From a virus (taxonomy: Duplodnaviria; Caudoviricetes), in IMG/VR virus record IMGVR_UViG_2882837327_000005, positions 39,211-103,210 of that record: a DNA stretch of 64,000 nt. One strand, given 5' to 3'. Below are positions 19,220-29,439 of this stretch, in pieces. Numbering within the stretch: position 1 is the stretch's first letter; each line of letters begins with the position of its first letter. The position numbers were made by a program, and so were the translations under genes. The notes beneath the pieces were generated by a model, which was not told the DNA's origin, made no database searches, and saw only the letters and a program-made list of their open reading frames with translations.

Positions 19220-22200
19220 GCGACATTTATGTCGTACCCGACCGCCCGGATGCGACCCTGGCGACGCCGGGCGAGCGCGCAGACGCTTTGGTGGCGCTGA
19301 AGGCACGCGAGGCCGCCCAGAAAGCCGCCGTCACGGCGCAGTCGTCCGCAGCCACCGCTCTGGACGCCCAAGCGCAGACGGAAGCAGCTCTGCCCGGGGA
19401 GGTAGCCGCCCGTGCTGCCGGCGACGCCGCGCTCGGCGCCTCGATCTTCGATCTGGCGTCGGCGGTGCCAAGCATGGCGCCGGTGCAGTCCGTGGCGGGC
19501 CAGATGGGCGCCATCGACGACCAGACACTGCGCGTCGCACTCGGCATCGGCACTTTCCGCACGAGGCTTGCCGCTATTGTCGCCGCCATCCCCTTGGTGG
19601 TCACGTCGATCACCACGCTTGGCTTCAGCCAGATGGATGACCGAGGGGGGGCCGCATATCAGCGGGTTTCGAGCGCCACCCCTGGCGGTTTCACGGATGC
19701 TACTGGCGGGACCTGGGCGATTGTCGGGGAGAAGCTCACTCCCTATCAGTTTGGCGCCCTGGGCAACGGCGGGAATGACCGCACGGCGCTGCTGGACTGG
19801 TGGGCGGCCATTCATGTCGCGTCCACGCAATTCGGAGCACAGTACCCGGCCTCTCAGGCGCGCGTTGGCATCGTTCCGCCGGCGAGGTTCCGTGCCAGCC
19901 CTGTCCTGCAATTGAGTTCCGAAAGCACAGGCACCACGATCATCGGCAGCGGCCCGGCCAGCATGCTCGACGGCGTCGAACTGCATGTGGGCGGAAACCG
20001 CGCGCGCGTCAGCAACGTCGGCCTGACCGGTGCCTCCGCCTGGGGGCTCCGCCTCTACGGGCGATATCGCCGTCAAGCTCAGATCGACAACGTCTGGGTA
20101 CGCGACAAGCTGTATGCGTACTCCATCGAGGGGCCCGGGAGCGGCGACCTCTGGATCAATGTCAAGGCCGAGAAGTCGACCTGCGGCCTGCTCTGCGTCG
20201 ACACGCTGAATAGTCAATTCGTCAACTGCGAGTTCGACCAGCCGGTGGCGACCGTGGCGGGGCTGACCGGCGGCCTCGGCGGCGTCGGAATCAGGCAGTT
20301 GGCCGGTGGGCAGCTCAAGCTGTCCAACTGCTCGGCGGCCGGCATTCGCGCCTCGATGCTCATCACCTCCCAGACGAGGCGACAGAGCTACGAGTGCTAT
20401 TACTCACAGCTGACCCTGGCGGGGGTAGGGCGCTCGCGGATCCTGCCTATCCTCGGAGTGACCGATAACGGCAGCGGGCTAGCGAGGCTGCAGACCAGTC
20501 AGGCCTGGGCCGTAAGCAGCATCGCTGATCGGGGCGCCCGCTTCATCGGCCGATCGCCGCAGGGCGCGCGGCTGACCATTACCGGAAGCGGTGGCTCCAT
20601 CACGAGCCTGAAGGCCGGCTTCTCCGAGCTGCTGCCCCTCGTGGGCGATGTTCCGACTTCAATTGCATGGCAGGGCAGCGCCGCGGCAACGGCGCAGGCG
20701 ATCGCGGCGGCCATCACCACCGGTACCGCTACGCACTGTTGGGCCGCCCTGGCGGTGGGCGACGATCTGATCGTCGTTGCTGTCGACCAGTACCGGCCCA
20801 TGGACAACCTGACGCTGACCATTTCCGGGATCGGAGGGGCAGGCAGCGCTTCGGCCGCCTTCTCGACCATGGCGCACGCCGACATCGGCTTCTCCGTGTC
20901 GCAGAACAGCGCCGCTGGATCGATTACCTCGCTTCTGGCGGGCACCACCCAGCTGCTGAGCGCCCCGGTCTCCTGGGTCGAGGATGGGGTCACGCTGCCA
21001 CCGACATCAGCGGTTCAGACGGCGATCAATATCGCGGCCTCCATCAACGCCGGCCAGGCGGTCCATGGATACTTCGCATACGCGATTAGCGGGCGTGTCT
21101 GGCTTATGGCCCCAGTTGCTGATGGCTTGGCGGCACACTGGCGCAGCCTCACGCCGACGATCAGCGGCGGCTTGTCCATCTCTTTCCCCACCTACGCCGC
21201 GGTACAGACCACGGCCGCCGCGGATTTCGTGAAGGGCGACAGCCTCGGGATCAGCGGCAGCACGGGGTACGACGGCATCGCCGAGGTCCTGCAGCGCGAG
21301 GATGCCAGTACCTTCGGCATCTTCCTGACCGTTGCCGGCACCATGACGCCTGGCGGTTCCGCCTGGCACCCCAACCGGCTGATCGATGGCGACCGCAGCC
21401 TTCTCGTGACGTCGGGCCTGAGCGCCTACGACGGGACAGTGGACATCGTCGGCGCAGGCGACACATGGGTCGACATCAACCGCGCCTACACCGCCGATGC
21501 GACTGGCACCTTGGCCGCTTGGGGCAACGATCTCGAGGTCCTCGTCGACGACGGCGCGCTCAGGTGCAACGACCTGTTCTGGCACGGCGGGAACATCAAC
21601 TACACTTTCATCGCCTCGGGCTACAATTTCCGCTTCAAAGGAACGCGGCTCAAGTCGCACATTTGGTTTGATCCGCAGATCTCAACGATCCTCCACATTG
21701 CTCGCATCTCGATCGAGGGCGACATGCGGGGCCGGGACGCGGACGCCCTGACCGACACAAAGATCGGAGGCGCGATCAAAGGCTGGAGTGCCTTCGGGCA
21801 CCGTGACGACAGCGGGGCAGCATCCGCAGGCACCGGCTATCTGCTCTTTGCTGTGCCCGACGCGACGGCCGGACGGCAGAACAATCGGGCTGCCTCCTTC
21901 AACGCCCAGCGCATTCGTGAAAACGGCACCATCGAATGGACCGTAGGCGGCTTCAGCCAGACGCTTAACTATGCCCAGCTGAGTGTCTTTGGTCACCGAC
22001 TGAGAAGGCCAACAAACCTCCCGACGCCCACGAACACTATCGACGCCGTGGCAGCGGGCGCTGGTAGTCCAGCCCTGATAGCCGCTGTGGGGGAATCGAA
22101 CGCCGGCCTGGCCCTGGCTGCAGCCGGCGCGGGCGATCTCGACCTGCGGTCGGGCGGAGGCACCAGCCGCATTGCGCGGTTCAGATCTGCGCCCGGGGCG

Positions 22201-22491
22201 CCCGCCGGACCGAACTACCTCCAGGTCACGGCCGGCGCCAGCGGCAGCCCGGTGGTCGTCACCGCAAATGGCACCGACGCCAATCCGGCCCTCCACCTGG
22301 GAACCGTCGGCAATGAGGTGCGCTTCCTCGGCATCCCGCGCCTGCCGCTCTACCTTCGGTCAACGCTGCCGAGCCCGACTGGGGCTCCGCGCATCGTGGC
22401 CATCAGTGACCCGGCCGCCGGCAAGTCGCGCGTCGTCTTCGACGCTGGCAGTTGGCGCTACTTCGACGACAGCGTCGTCGCCCTGACCTGA
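19216..22491 (+). CDS. Tailspike/receptor-binding protein, probable beta-helix depolymerase
   Basis: 1091 aa; DDRGGAAYQR and TPYQFGALGNGGNDRTAL resemble the start of tailspike beta-helices. Confidence 0.7.
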   Translation: MSDIYVVPDRPDATLATPGERADALVALKAREAAQKAAVTAQSSAATALDAQAQTEAALPGEVAARAAGDAALGASIFDLASAVPSMAPVQSVAGQMGAIDDQTLRVALGIGTFRTRLAAIVAAIPLVVTSITTLGFSQMDDRGGAAYQRVSSATPGGFTDATGGTWAIVGEKLTPYQFGALGNGGNDRTALLDWWAAIHVASTQFGAQYPASQARVGIVPPARFRASPVLQLSSESTGTTIIGSGPASMLDGVELHVGGNRARVSNVGLTGASAWGLRLYGRYRRQAQIDNVWVRDKLYAYSIEGPGSGDLWINVKAEKSTCGLLCVDTLNSQFVNCEFDQPVATVAGLTGGLGGVGIRQLAGGQLKLSNCSAAGIRASMLITSQTRRQSYECYYSQLTLAGVGRSRILPILGVTDNGSGLARLQTSQAWAVSSIADRGARFIGRSPQGARLTITGSGGSITSLKAGFSELLPLVGDVPTSIAWQGSAAATAQAIAAAITTGTATHCWAALAVGDDLIVVAVDQYRPMDNLTLTISGIGGAGSASAAFSTMAHADIGFSVSQNSAAGSITSLLAGTTQLLSAPVSWVEDGVTLPPTSAVQTAINIAASINAGQAVHGYFAYAISGRVWLMAPVADGLAAHWRSLTPTISGGLSISFPTYAAVQTTAAADFVKGDSLGISGSTGYDGIAEVLQREDASTFGIFLTVAGTMTPGGSAWHPNRLIDGDRSLLVTSGLSAYDGTVDIVGAGDTWVDINRAYTADATGTLAAWGNDLEVLVDDGALRCNDLFWHGGNINYTFIASGYNFRFKGTRLKSHIWFDPQISTILHIARISIEGDMRGRDADALTDTKIGGAIKGWSAFGHRDDSGAASAGTGYLLFAVPDATAGRQNNRAASFNAQRIRENGTIEWTVGGFSQTLNYAQLSVFGHRLRRPTNLPTPTNTIDAVAAGAGSPALIAAVGESNAGLALAAAGAGDLDLRSGGGTSRIARFRSAPGAPAGPNYLQVTAGASGSPVVVTANGTDANPALHLGTVGNEVRFLGIPRLPLYLRSTLPSPTGAPRIVAISDPAAGKSRVVFDAGSWRYFDDSVVALT

Positions 22492-22502
22492 TTGGAGCCA
22501 TC

Positions 22503-22883
22503 ATGAACCCGACCCGCGTCGCTGAAGAACTGCTCATCCGCTTTGACGATGTCGGCGCGGTTCGGGGCGTGCACTTCAAGGAGATCGACGTCTACTGGAA
22601 GGCGGACGGGACCGTCGATTTCCGCCGTGATGTTGACCCGCGTCCCATTTCGTTGATGGAGGCCGTTGACCTGCTGGGAGAAGCCTCGGGGCCACTTGTG
22701 GCGCTGGCAACCGCGCAGAGAGCCGAGATTGAAGGTCAGCAGGCAGAAATCTTCGCGGTTCGCCAGGCGCTGACAGCCGAGCAGAGCCGCTCTCTTGGTT
22801 TGGAAGAGCAGATCGATTTTCTGATGCGGGAGCGAGAGGCATTGCAGGAGCGCCTGAGCTTGCTGTCGCCTGCGGCCGGGTAG
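22503..22883 (+). CDS. Hypothetical coiled-coil protein
   Basis: GGAG RBS, 126 aa. Confidence 0.55.
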   Translation: MNPTRVAEELLIRFDDVGAVRGVHFKEIDVYWKADGTVDFRRDVDPRPISLMEAVDLLGEASGPLVALATAQRAEIEGQQAEIFAVRQALTAEQSRSLGLEEQIDFLMREREALQERLSLLSPAAG

Positions 22884-23006
22884 CATGCGAGGGGAAGCCA
22901 CTCGACAACCTGCGCAGAGAGCCGAGATTGACCGCTTGCGGAAATTTCGGACCGACGACCATGCCGGAGGTGACGCAGCAGTTGCGTCGGGCATGGAGTA
23001 CTTGCC

Positions 23007-23375
23007 TTGACGAAAACCGCAGAAACGCTGCTCGGCTGGGCCATCGACAAGGCAGTGCCGCTCCTGATCACAGGCTTGATCGCGGGCGTCAGCTGGGTCG
23101 GCAACTCCGTGCTGGAGCAGCGGGCCCGGGCGAGCCTGTTCGACGCTCGCATGACGGCCTTCGAACGGCGCCTGGACTCCGAACTCCGCGCCGAGGTGGC
23201 GGCCACCAGGGCAAGGTCCGACGAGAACGATGTACGTCACGAGGCCCGCCTCAACGCGGTGGAAACGGCGCAGCGAGCGTCGGACCTGCTGGGTGCCGAG
23301 CTGAAGACCGAAATCCGAAACCTCAGCGCCGGGATCAACCGTGTCGAGGTGCTCATCAGGGAGACGCGGCGATGA
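23007..23375 (+). CDS. Membrane-anchored coiled-coil protein of the lysis region
   Basis: N-terminal hydrophobic helix; TTG start after GGAG. Confidence 0.55.
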   Translation: MTKTAETLLGWAIDKAVPLLITGLIAGVSWVGNSVLEQRARASLFDARMTAFERRLDSELRAEVAATRARSDENDVRHEARLNAVETAQRASDLLGAELKTEIRNLSAGINRVEVLIRETRR

Positions 23376-23602
23376 ACCCCGAACTGACGGGCGTGCTGCT
23401 CTGGGCCGTCCGAATGGGCCTGGTGGCGCTGGGCTCTGCCCTGGCGGCACACGGCGTGGGCGACAAGGACCTTTGGGAGCAGGTCGCCACCCAGGTTGCG
23501 GGGCCGGCCGTAGCCATGATCGGCATCGTGCTGTCCTACCGTGCGCGCAAGAAGCAGATCGCTGCCCCGCCGCCGCCTCGAGTGCGCGAGTGGCGGGAGT
23601 AA
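23372..23602 (+). CDS. Putative holin
   Basis: 76 aa, two hydrophobic segments, basic C-term, upstream of spanins and endolysin. Confidence 0.65.
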   Translation: MNPELTGVLLWAVRMGLVALGSALAAHGVGDKDLWEQVATQVAGPAVAMIGIVLSYRARKKQIAAPPPPRVREWRE

Positions 23603-23606
23603 GCCG

Positions 23607-23843
23607 ATGCCGACCGTAGTCAGCGCCATCTTCGGCACCACTCTGGGCCGATATGCCCTGGCCATCGTGGCCTTGGTCGCGGTCCTCACCTGGGCCCGCT
23701 GGGACGCGGCGCGCGACGCCGTGACCCAGCAGACCGCCACCTCCCTCCAACGCCAGGAGACCACCCGTGAAGGTGCTGATGCTGCTGCTCGCGATGCCGA
23801 GCGCACTGGCGCTGGCCGGCTGCTCGACGCCGGTCGTTTCTGA
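23607..23843 (+). CDS. Putative i-spanin (Rz-like)
   Basis: N-terminal TM helix then helical segment; overlaps a lipoprotein ORF. Confidence 0.55.
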   Translation: MPTVVSAIFGTTLGRYALAIVALVAVLTWARWDAARDAVTQQTATSLQRQETTREGADAAARDAERTGAGRLLDAGRF

Positions 23844-23997
23844 GCGGCCCTGCCCGCGCCTGACGGAGTTCCCGCTCGAGGTGCAACAGGCCGCTGCCGC
23901 TGAGCTGGCCGCGCCGCCGGCCAAACCCGCGTTGGATCGGATGATGGCCTCCATGGCCGCCGACCGCGCCTTCAATCGGAGCGTCTGCAAGCGATGA
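23767..23997 (+). CDS. Putative o-spanin lipoprotein (Rz1-like)
   Basis: LAGC lipobox, Pro/Cys content, overlaps the upstream gene in another frame. Confidence 0.6.
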   Translation: MKVLMLLLAMPSALALAGCSTPVVSERPCPRLTEFPLEVQQAAAAELAAPPAKPALDRMMASMAADRAFNRSVCKR

Positions 23998-24974
23998 GCC
24001 TGCTGTCTCGTATCGCCCTCGCCCTGCCGGCGATCTTCTACACGCCCACGATCGCGCCCGCCGCGCCGCAGCCGGACCCGGTGCCTATCGTCGCACCGCC
24101 GTCCGAGGCCGGCATCCGCACTGTGCGCATGGGTAGCAGCGGCACCGATGTCGCGTGGCTGCAGACGGCCCTGGGCGAGAAGCCCGACGGCATCTTCGGC
24201 TTCCGCACCCGCGACGCGCTGCTCGAATGGCAGGTCGAACAGAAGCTGGTCGCTGATGGTATCGCTGGACCGGCCACCTGGCGCGCGCTGGGGATCAAGG
24301 GCACCTCGGCGCCGGCGGTGTTCGAGCGCCCCATCGCGGCCAGCACCTCCGAGCTGCTGCTGCAGACCTCGATCGCCCGGGCGCTGCGCGCCGTGGGCAC
24401 CGTGGATCCTGCTGGCTGGGCCGCCGTCATCGCGAAGGAGATCCAGGGCGAGGGCATGCCGCGCGACGGCGAGCTCGCCGCCTGGCTGGCGAATGTGGTC
24501 AACGAGACAGGCGGCCTGTCGGTGCTGGTGGAGAACCTCTTCTACACCAAGCCCGAGCGCATCCGGGAGAATTGGCCGAAGCGCTTTCCGACCCTGGCCG
24601 ATGCCGAGCCCTTCGCGCGCAACGCCTATGGCCTAGCCGAGAAGGTCTATGGCGGGCGCATGGGCAACCGCCCGGCGGGCAGCGGCGACGGCTACGCGAA
24701 CCGCGGCCACGGCCTGTTCCAGACCACGGGCTACGACAACCTGTCCGCGCTGGCCAAGGCCCGGGGCATCACCCTCGACGAACTCCGACCGCAGCTGACG
24801 GAGCGGCAGGGCGCCGCCCACAGCGCCGTCTTCTACTGGCGGAGCAACAACTTCGGCGCCGTCTACCGCAGCGGCGGGGTCGAGGCCGCGCGCCGCCTCG
24901 CCAACGGCGGCACCATCGGCCTCGAGCACGTCCTCGAGCTCTACCCCACCATCAAGGCCGCGCTGGCGGGCTGA
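23994..24974 (+). CDS. Endolysin: peptidoglycan-binding domain + GH19-like domain
   Basis: GSSGTDVAWLQ...DGIFG...DGIAGPATW; NETGG, ENLFY, YGGRMGN, GDGY.NRGHG..Q.TG..N, NGG..GL. Confidence 0.88.
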   Translation: MSLLSRIALALPAIFYTPTIAPAAPQPDPVPIVAPPSEAGIRTVRMGSSGTDVAWLQTALGEKPDGIFGFRTRDALLEWQVEQKLVADGIAGPATWRALGIKGTSAPAVFERPIAASTSELLLQTSIARALRAVGTVDPAGWAAVIAKEIQGEGMPRDGELAAWLANVVNETGGLSVLVENLFYTKPERIRENWPKRFPTLADAEPFARNAYGLAEKVYGGRMGNRPAGSGDGYANRGHGLFQTTGYDNLSALAKARGITLDELRPQLTERQGAAHSAVFYWRSNNFGAVYRSGGVEAARRLANGGTIGLEHVLELYPTIKAALAG

Positions 24975-24984
24975 GGAGATCACC

Positions 24985-25350
24985 ATGCAGCAAGGTCGTC
25001 TGGGCAAGCCGCAGAGCCGCCTGAATGTCTCGGTCCCGGTGAACGGCGACACGTCCGATGCGGTCAACTGTGATGCCCAGCAGGGCGTGCTGCGCGGGCT
25101 GGTGACGCCTGGCGGCTTCACCGGCAACATCACCTTCGAGGCCGGGCCGCCGACAACCAATGGCGCGCCGCCTGCCAGCGACTGGGTTCCGATCTATGAC
25201 GCGGCCGGCAACCAGGTGACGGTCACGGCCGGCGCCAGCCGCTTCATCGGCTTCTTCGGCGACGTGATGGCGGGTGTGGCCTGGATCCGGGTCAAGTGCA
25301 GCGCTGCGCAGGCAGCCGGCGCCAGCATCCGCTTGGTATTCGCGAGATGA
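24985..25350 (+). CDS. Hypothetical virion-associated protein
   Basis: GAGGAG RBS, 121 aa beta-rich. Confidence 0.55.
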   Translation: MQQGRLGKPQSRLNVSVPVNGDTSDAVNCDAQQGVLRGLVTPGGFTGNITFEAGPPTTNGAPPASDWVPIYDAAGNQVTVTAGASRFIGFFGDVMAGVAWIRVKCSAAQAAGASIRLVFAR

Positions 25351-26648
25351 GCGTCAGCCTCCTGGGGCCGAACACGGGCTTCGGCCTGGGTAACTGGGCT
25401 GCCGCTGGCGGGCTCCTGGGGCCGAGCGGGCTGTGCACACTCGTGTCACCAGGCTGGATCGCTGGCGGCACCTTCTCCCGCGTTGGGTCGAAATGGGACG
25501 TCAGCCCAGCCGGTGTGCTGACAGAGTACGGCTCCAACGTGCCGGTGTTCGGTGGGGCCAACAACTGGCTGTCGATCGAAGGGCAGCGCACGAATTCTGT
25601 GCGGAACCCGCGCCACGAGGGCGCCGTGGCCGGTACGCCAGGAACGTCGCCGGCCAATGGAGCGGTTCTCACCGTCGCGGGCATCGCCTACTCGATCGTC
25701 GGAACAGGCGTAGAATACGGCTACCCGTATCTGGACATTGAGTGGGGCGGAACCGCGACGGCGGCCGGTTACCTGGGGTATCAGCCGGAGCCGAATAGCG
25801 GCGGCATCACAGCCTCACAGGGCCAGACTTGGACTGCGTCGTCGGGCATGCGCGTCGTCGGCGGCAGCCTCACCAATGTGACCAATACTCGCTTCCGCCT
25901 GCAGGAGCGTACCCCCAGCGCCGGATCCGCGATCGATACATTGTTCGCGCCGTCTTCCAGCATGCAGTTGGTATCGGCCAGCCGAACGCTGACCGATGCC
26001 GGAACCGTTGCCATCATCGCGGCCACTCTGTTCCAGGTCGCCATTGGGGCGACGATCGCTCTCCGGGCGCGCTTTTTCTACTTCGGTGCAGAGCAGGCTC
26101 TATTCGCTTCCTCGCCCGCCTTTCCTGCAGTGGGATCACCCGCACAGTCCACTCGAAATGCAGATCAGCTTGCGTTCACATTGGCCCAAGCCGGGTTGCA
26201 ATCCGATCGAGGCACAGTCCTTTTCAGCGGCGTGCTGCCTCAACTGGCCACTTCAGCTGCCAATCAAGGCCTATTCATCCTCCACGCCGGCGGGGACAGC
26301 AATCGCATCGCGGTGCAGAACCAGGCGAACACGAGCAACATTCGTCTGTTTAAGACGCTGGGCGGCACGACCACCAACCTGGATGTAGTGGCCGGGTTGG
26401 CGGCAGGTGCGCCGTTCAGCGTCGGCATGACCTTCGATGCCAACTCGATGCGGATCGTCGCTCGCAATGGGGCGGTGCAGACCTTGGCCGGCCCGATCCC
26501 GTCCGGGCTGACCACGGCGGTCATCGGAATGTCGAACGCCGCACTCACCACGGCGATGTTCGGCCGCGTCGGCTATGTCCGGACCCTGCCCTACGCGGTG
26601 TCTGATGGGCAGCTGCAGTCTCACGTCAACGGGATGCCACTCACATGA
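25347..26648 (+). CDS. Putative head spike/fibre protein with lectin-like domains
   Basis: LSIEGQRTN..RN and TRNAD motifs; ConA/LamG-like C-terminal pattern. Confidence 0.55.
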   Translation: MSVSLLGPNTGFGLGNWAAAGGLLGPSGLCTLVSPGWIAGGTFSRVGSKWDVSPAGVLTEYGSNVPVFGGANNWLSIEGQRTNSVRNPRHEGAVAGTPGTSPANGAVLTVAGIAYSIVGTGVEYGYPYLDIEWGGTATAAGYLGYQPEPNSGGITASQGQTWTASSGMRVVGGSLTNVTNTRFRLQERTPSAGSAIDTLFAPSSSMQLVSASRTLTDAGTVAIIAATLFQVAIGATIALRARFFYFGAEQALFASSPAFPAVGSPAQSTRNADQLAFTLAQAGLQSDRGTVLFSGVLPQLATSAANQGLFILHAGGDSNRIAVQNQANTSNIRLFKTLGGTTTNLDVVAGLAAGAPFSVGMTFDANSMRIVARNGAVQTLAGPIPSGLTTAVIGMSNAALTTAMFGRVGYVRTLPYAVSDGQLQSHVNGMPLT

Positions 26649-26956
26649 TCAAGCCGATCGCGGTGGATGTTGTCGGTGTCATCCACCGCCTAGGTGCCCA
26701 CATCGGCGTCGATGCCGAGACGGGCGCGCCAGTCTACGCCGTCACGGTGCGTCCCGGCTGGCACGTCAATGCGTCCTGGCCGGTCGACACGGTATTGCCC
26801 GCCGCCTGGGCGGACGCTCGCATCGATCCGGAGCCTGCAACGCCCACACGGCGCACCGCCGGACTGCCGGACGCGATGTTCTTCGAGACCTTCCACCGCT
26901 TCGCCGACGAGGTGGCCTTCCTGGCTGTCATCGGCGCCGACGACGGAGCCGCCTGA
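26645..26956 (+). CDS. Hypothetical protein
   Basis: 103 aa, coupled; PGWHVN motif. Confidence 0.55.
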   Translation: MIKPIAVDVVGVIHRLGAHIGVDAETGAPVYAVTVRPGWHVNASWPVDTVLPAAWADARIDPEPATPTRRTAGLPDAMFFETFHRFADEVAFLAVIGADDGAA

Positions 26957-27852
26957 TGAGCGCACAAGTCACCAAGGCACTTCTGCTGATACTGGCGCTT
27001 CTCGGGTGTGGCGTCATGCTCGGTGCCAACCCGCCGCCGCCCAGCTCCACGACGCTGTCAGACGCGGCGCGCTACTTGGTGCAGCACAACTGCCCCGATG
27101 GCCGCCCTGCCCTTTCGGACTGTGCGGCGACCCCGGCGCGCCCTGGCCCCCAGCCCTACCGCCGCGTGGACTGGTCAGGAGCCCAGATCAGCGACGCGGT
27201 GCTCATGCCTGATGGCACCGTGGTTCAGACCTTCGACTTCGCCAGCTCCTTCGAGGCCTTCGATGTCCGAGACCCCGGCGATGGCGGCGACGCCATCCGC
27301 GTGGGCCCCTGGGGAGTGGCCATCTACCTCACCCAAGATCCTGGTGGCGGTCGCCAGTACATGCAGGGGGTGGACTGCCCCGCCGGCGGTGGCTGGCTCC
27401 TGTGGCGCGATACGCCGCGCGGCAACTGGATGGAGGCCGAGGTCCAGGTCGCAATCACCCGCGCTGCCGACGAATGCCCACAGCGCTGGAACTGGAGTGC
27501 GACCCGATGGCGCCTCGCCGACATGGCCTGGTCGTGGCGGGATAACCGCGGCGGCACCGGCGAGGTGACCCGGGCCACCATAGTCTCCGAGCACTACGGC
27601 GGCCGGTATCGCGAGACGGCCGATCACATGGAGCGGTTCTTCTTCGCGGAACGCCTGGGCAAGGTGCGGTGGGAACGCTGGGAGCAGCGCGGCCGTAGCA
27701 CGCGCGGCGACCTCGATGCCATGGCCGCGCAGACCGCCACCCGCTGCCCCGCTGGGCCAGAACCAGCCCCTGGCCCCACTTGGCTACGGGTGGACTGCCG
27801 GCACTGGCTCAGCTTCGATCTGAGGCCAGGCCAGAGCATTCCCTGGCCGTAG
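26956..27852 (+). CDS. Secreted Cys/Trp-rich hypothetical protein
   Basis: ATG overlaps upstream stop; N-terminal signal peptide. Confidence 0.6.
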   Translation: MSAQVTKALLLILALLGCGVMLGANPPPPSSTTLSDAARYLVQHNCPDGRPALSDCAATPARPGPQPYRRVDWSGAQISDAVLMPDGTVVQTFDFASSFEAFDVRDPGDGGDAIRVGPWGVAIYLTQDPGGGRQYMQGVDCPAGGGWLLWRDTPRGNWMEAEVQVAITRAADECPQRWNWSATRWRLADMAWSWRDNRGGTGEVTRATIVSEHYGGRYRETADHMERFFFAERLGKVRWERWEQRGRSTRGDLDAMAAQTATRCPAGPEPAPGPTWLRVDCRHWLSFDLRPGQSIPWP

Positions 27853-27864
27853 CCGGGGTGGCCG

Positions 27865-28803
27865 TCAGGCGGCCCGGCCGAGGGTCGCCATCAGCTCCCC
27901 CCATTCCCGCTTCGACAACCCGGAAGCGGGTTGCTCCACCGCCTCGCCCGCCAGCAGGCGCCGCAGCACCGCCAGCATCTGCGCCGAGAGCGTGACGGCG
28001 CCGAGGCGGTAATCCCGGAAGGCCTCGGCGCACAGGGGCACCCAGGCCTCCAGCACCTCCAGCATCGCCTCCGCATAGACGCGGATCTCGTACTGGGCAT
28101 GCGCGTCCGCGCGCAGCGCCAGGAAGTGCATCAGGTTGTGGAGGTCGGTCTTCCAGTACCACTGCGTGTAGGTGTTGAGGGTCAGGTTCATGCGGGCCAG
28201 CTCGCGCGCCAGGCCGGCGCGGTCGGGGTCGATGGAGTTCCCCTCAGCATCCTCGTTCAGCATGTCCTGGTAGTGGTCGAAGTTGCGGCCGGCGTCCTCA
28301 CGCAGCAGGCGCAGAACATCGTCTGCCTCCTCGCCCTCCAGCACCGCACCACGGCCCTGCCGGTTCACGCTGCTCTGGGCGGCCAGCTGGGCAGGCGCCG
28401 GGATGTAGAATTCCCGGTCCAGCATGGAATACCGGGCCGAGTATTCGTTCACATTGGCGGTGCGGTGCCGGATCCACTGCCGGGCGACGAAGATCGGCAG
28501 CTTGATGTGAAGCTTGATCTCGCACATCTCGAACGGCGTGCTGTGCCGGTGGCGCATGAGGTAGCGGATGAGCCCGCGATCCTCATTGGCCGCCTTGGTG
28601 CCGCGCCCGTAGGAGACCCGGGCCGCCTGCACCACCGCCGCGTCGTCGCCCATGTAGTCGATGACCCGGATGAAGCCGTGGTCCAGCACCGGCCTGGGCA
28701 GGTGCAGCTGGTCGTCCAGGGCCCGGGCCACCGGGCGCGTAGTCATCATGCCGACGCCGCGGGCGTCCATGATCTCATGCTGTTGGTCGTCGCTCAGAGG
28801 CAT
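27865..28803 (-). CDS. thyX: FAD-dependent thymidylate synthase
   Basis: ThyX motif [14 protein letters not shown]; QAARVSYG; HAQYEIR. Confidence 0.97.
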   Translation of the reverse strand: MPLSDDQQHEIMDARGVGMMTTRPVARALDDQLHLPRPVLDHGFIRVIDYMGDDAAVVQAARVSYGRGTKAANEDRGLIRYLMRHRHSTPFEMCEIKLHIKLPIFVARQWIRHRTANVNEYSARYSMLDREFYIPAPAQLAAQSSVNRQGRGAVLEGEEADDVLRLLREDAGRNFDHYQDMLNEDAEGNSIDPDRAGLARELARMNLTLNTYTQWYWKTDLHNLMHFLALRADAHAQYEIRVYAEAMLEVLEAWVPLCAEAFRDYRLGAVTLSAQMLAVLRRLLAGEAVEQPASGLSKREWGELMATLGRAA

Positions 28804-29063
28804 GCTTCCTCCTCCGGAGGTAAGATCTGGATCTCACCGTGCCTGCGCAGGGTGACGAGCTCGCCGTTCTCTTGCCGCATGGGCTGGGGGTAGATCTCAG
28901 CCCACCCCTCGTCCGCGTCGGCTTCGATCACGTGGCTCAGCGGTTCCCCACCCAGCAGCACCCGGGCGTGGAAGGACCAATACGGATGCCAGTGCGGGGA
29001 ATTCTTCCGGGCAGACACCCGCCGTGGTGCCTCGCCGGCCCAGGGTGGCGGGGCCATGCTCAC
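28794..29063 (-). CDS. Hypothetical protein
   Basis: 89 aa, coupled in operon. Confidence 0.55.
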   Translation of the reverse strand: MSMAPPPWAGEAPRRVSARKNSPHWHPYWSFHARVLLGGEPLSHVIEADADEGWAEIYPQPMRQENGELVTLRRHGEIQILPPEEEACL

Positions 29064-29434
29064 ATCCCCAGCGCGCGGCGGTACAGGTCGAGGAGCGTTT
29101 CCTGTTCCTCCACCTCCGCCGGTTCTTTTTTCCGCAGCGCAATGATCTGCCGAATCACCTTCGGCTCGAAACCGGCCGACTTGCTCTCGGCGTAGATGTC
29201 CTTGACGTCGCTGCCGATCGCCTTGCGCTCTTCCTCCAGCCGCTCGATCCTCTCCACGATACTGCGGAGACGGTCAGCGGCAACGCCGCCAACATCGCGC
29301 TCGCGGTCTTCCTGTTCCTTGGGCACGCCGGTGAACTCCTCGAGATCGGTTTGGGGTTTGCCCGCAGCCGCCTGGCGCGCCGCTTTCGCGCCCAGGACGT
29401 CACGGATGTGATTGGGGTCGGTGTTCCTGGGCAT
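29060..29434 (-). CDS. gapR: GapR-like (DUF2312) nucleoid-associated protein
   Basis: AADRLRSIVERIERLEEERKAIGSDVKDIYAESKSAGF...LYRRALGM. Confidence 0.9.
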   Translation of the reverse strand: MPRNTDPNHIRDVLGAKAARQAAAGKPQTDLEEFTGVPKEQEDRERDVGGVAADRLRSIVERIERLEEERKAIGSDVKDIYAESKSAGFEPKVIRQIIALRKKEPAEVEEQETLLDLYRRALGM

Positions 29435-29439
29435 GCGCC

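Noticed and set aside
13727-22491. Diversity-generating retroelement or invertible tail-fibre switch
   Set aside because: No reverse transcriptase, no adenine-variable repeat pair and no invertase found.
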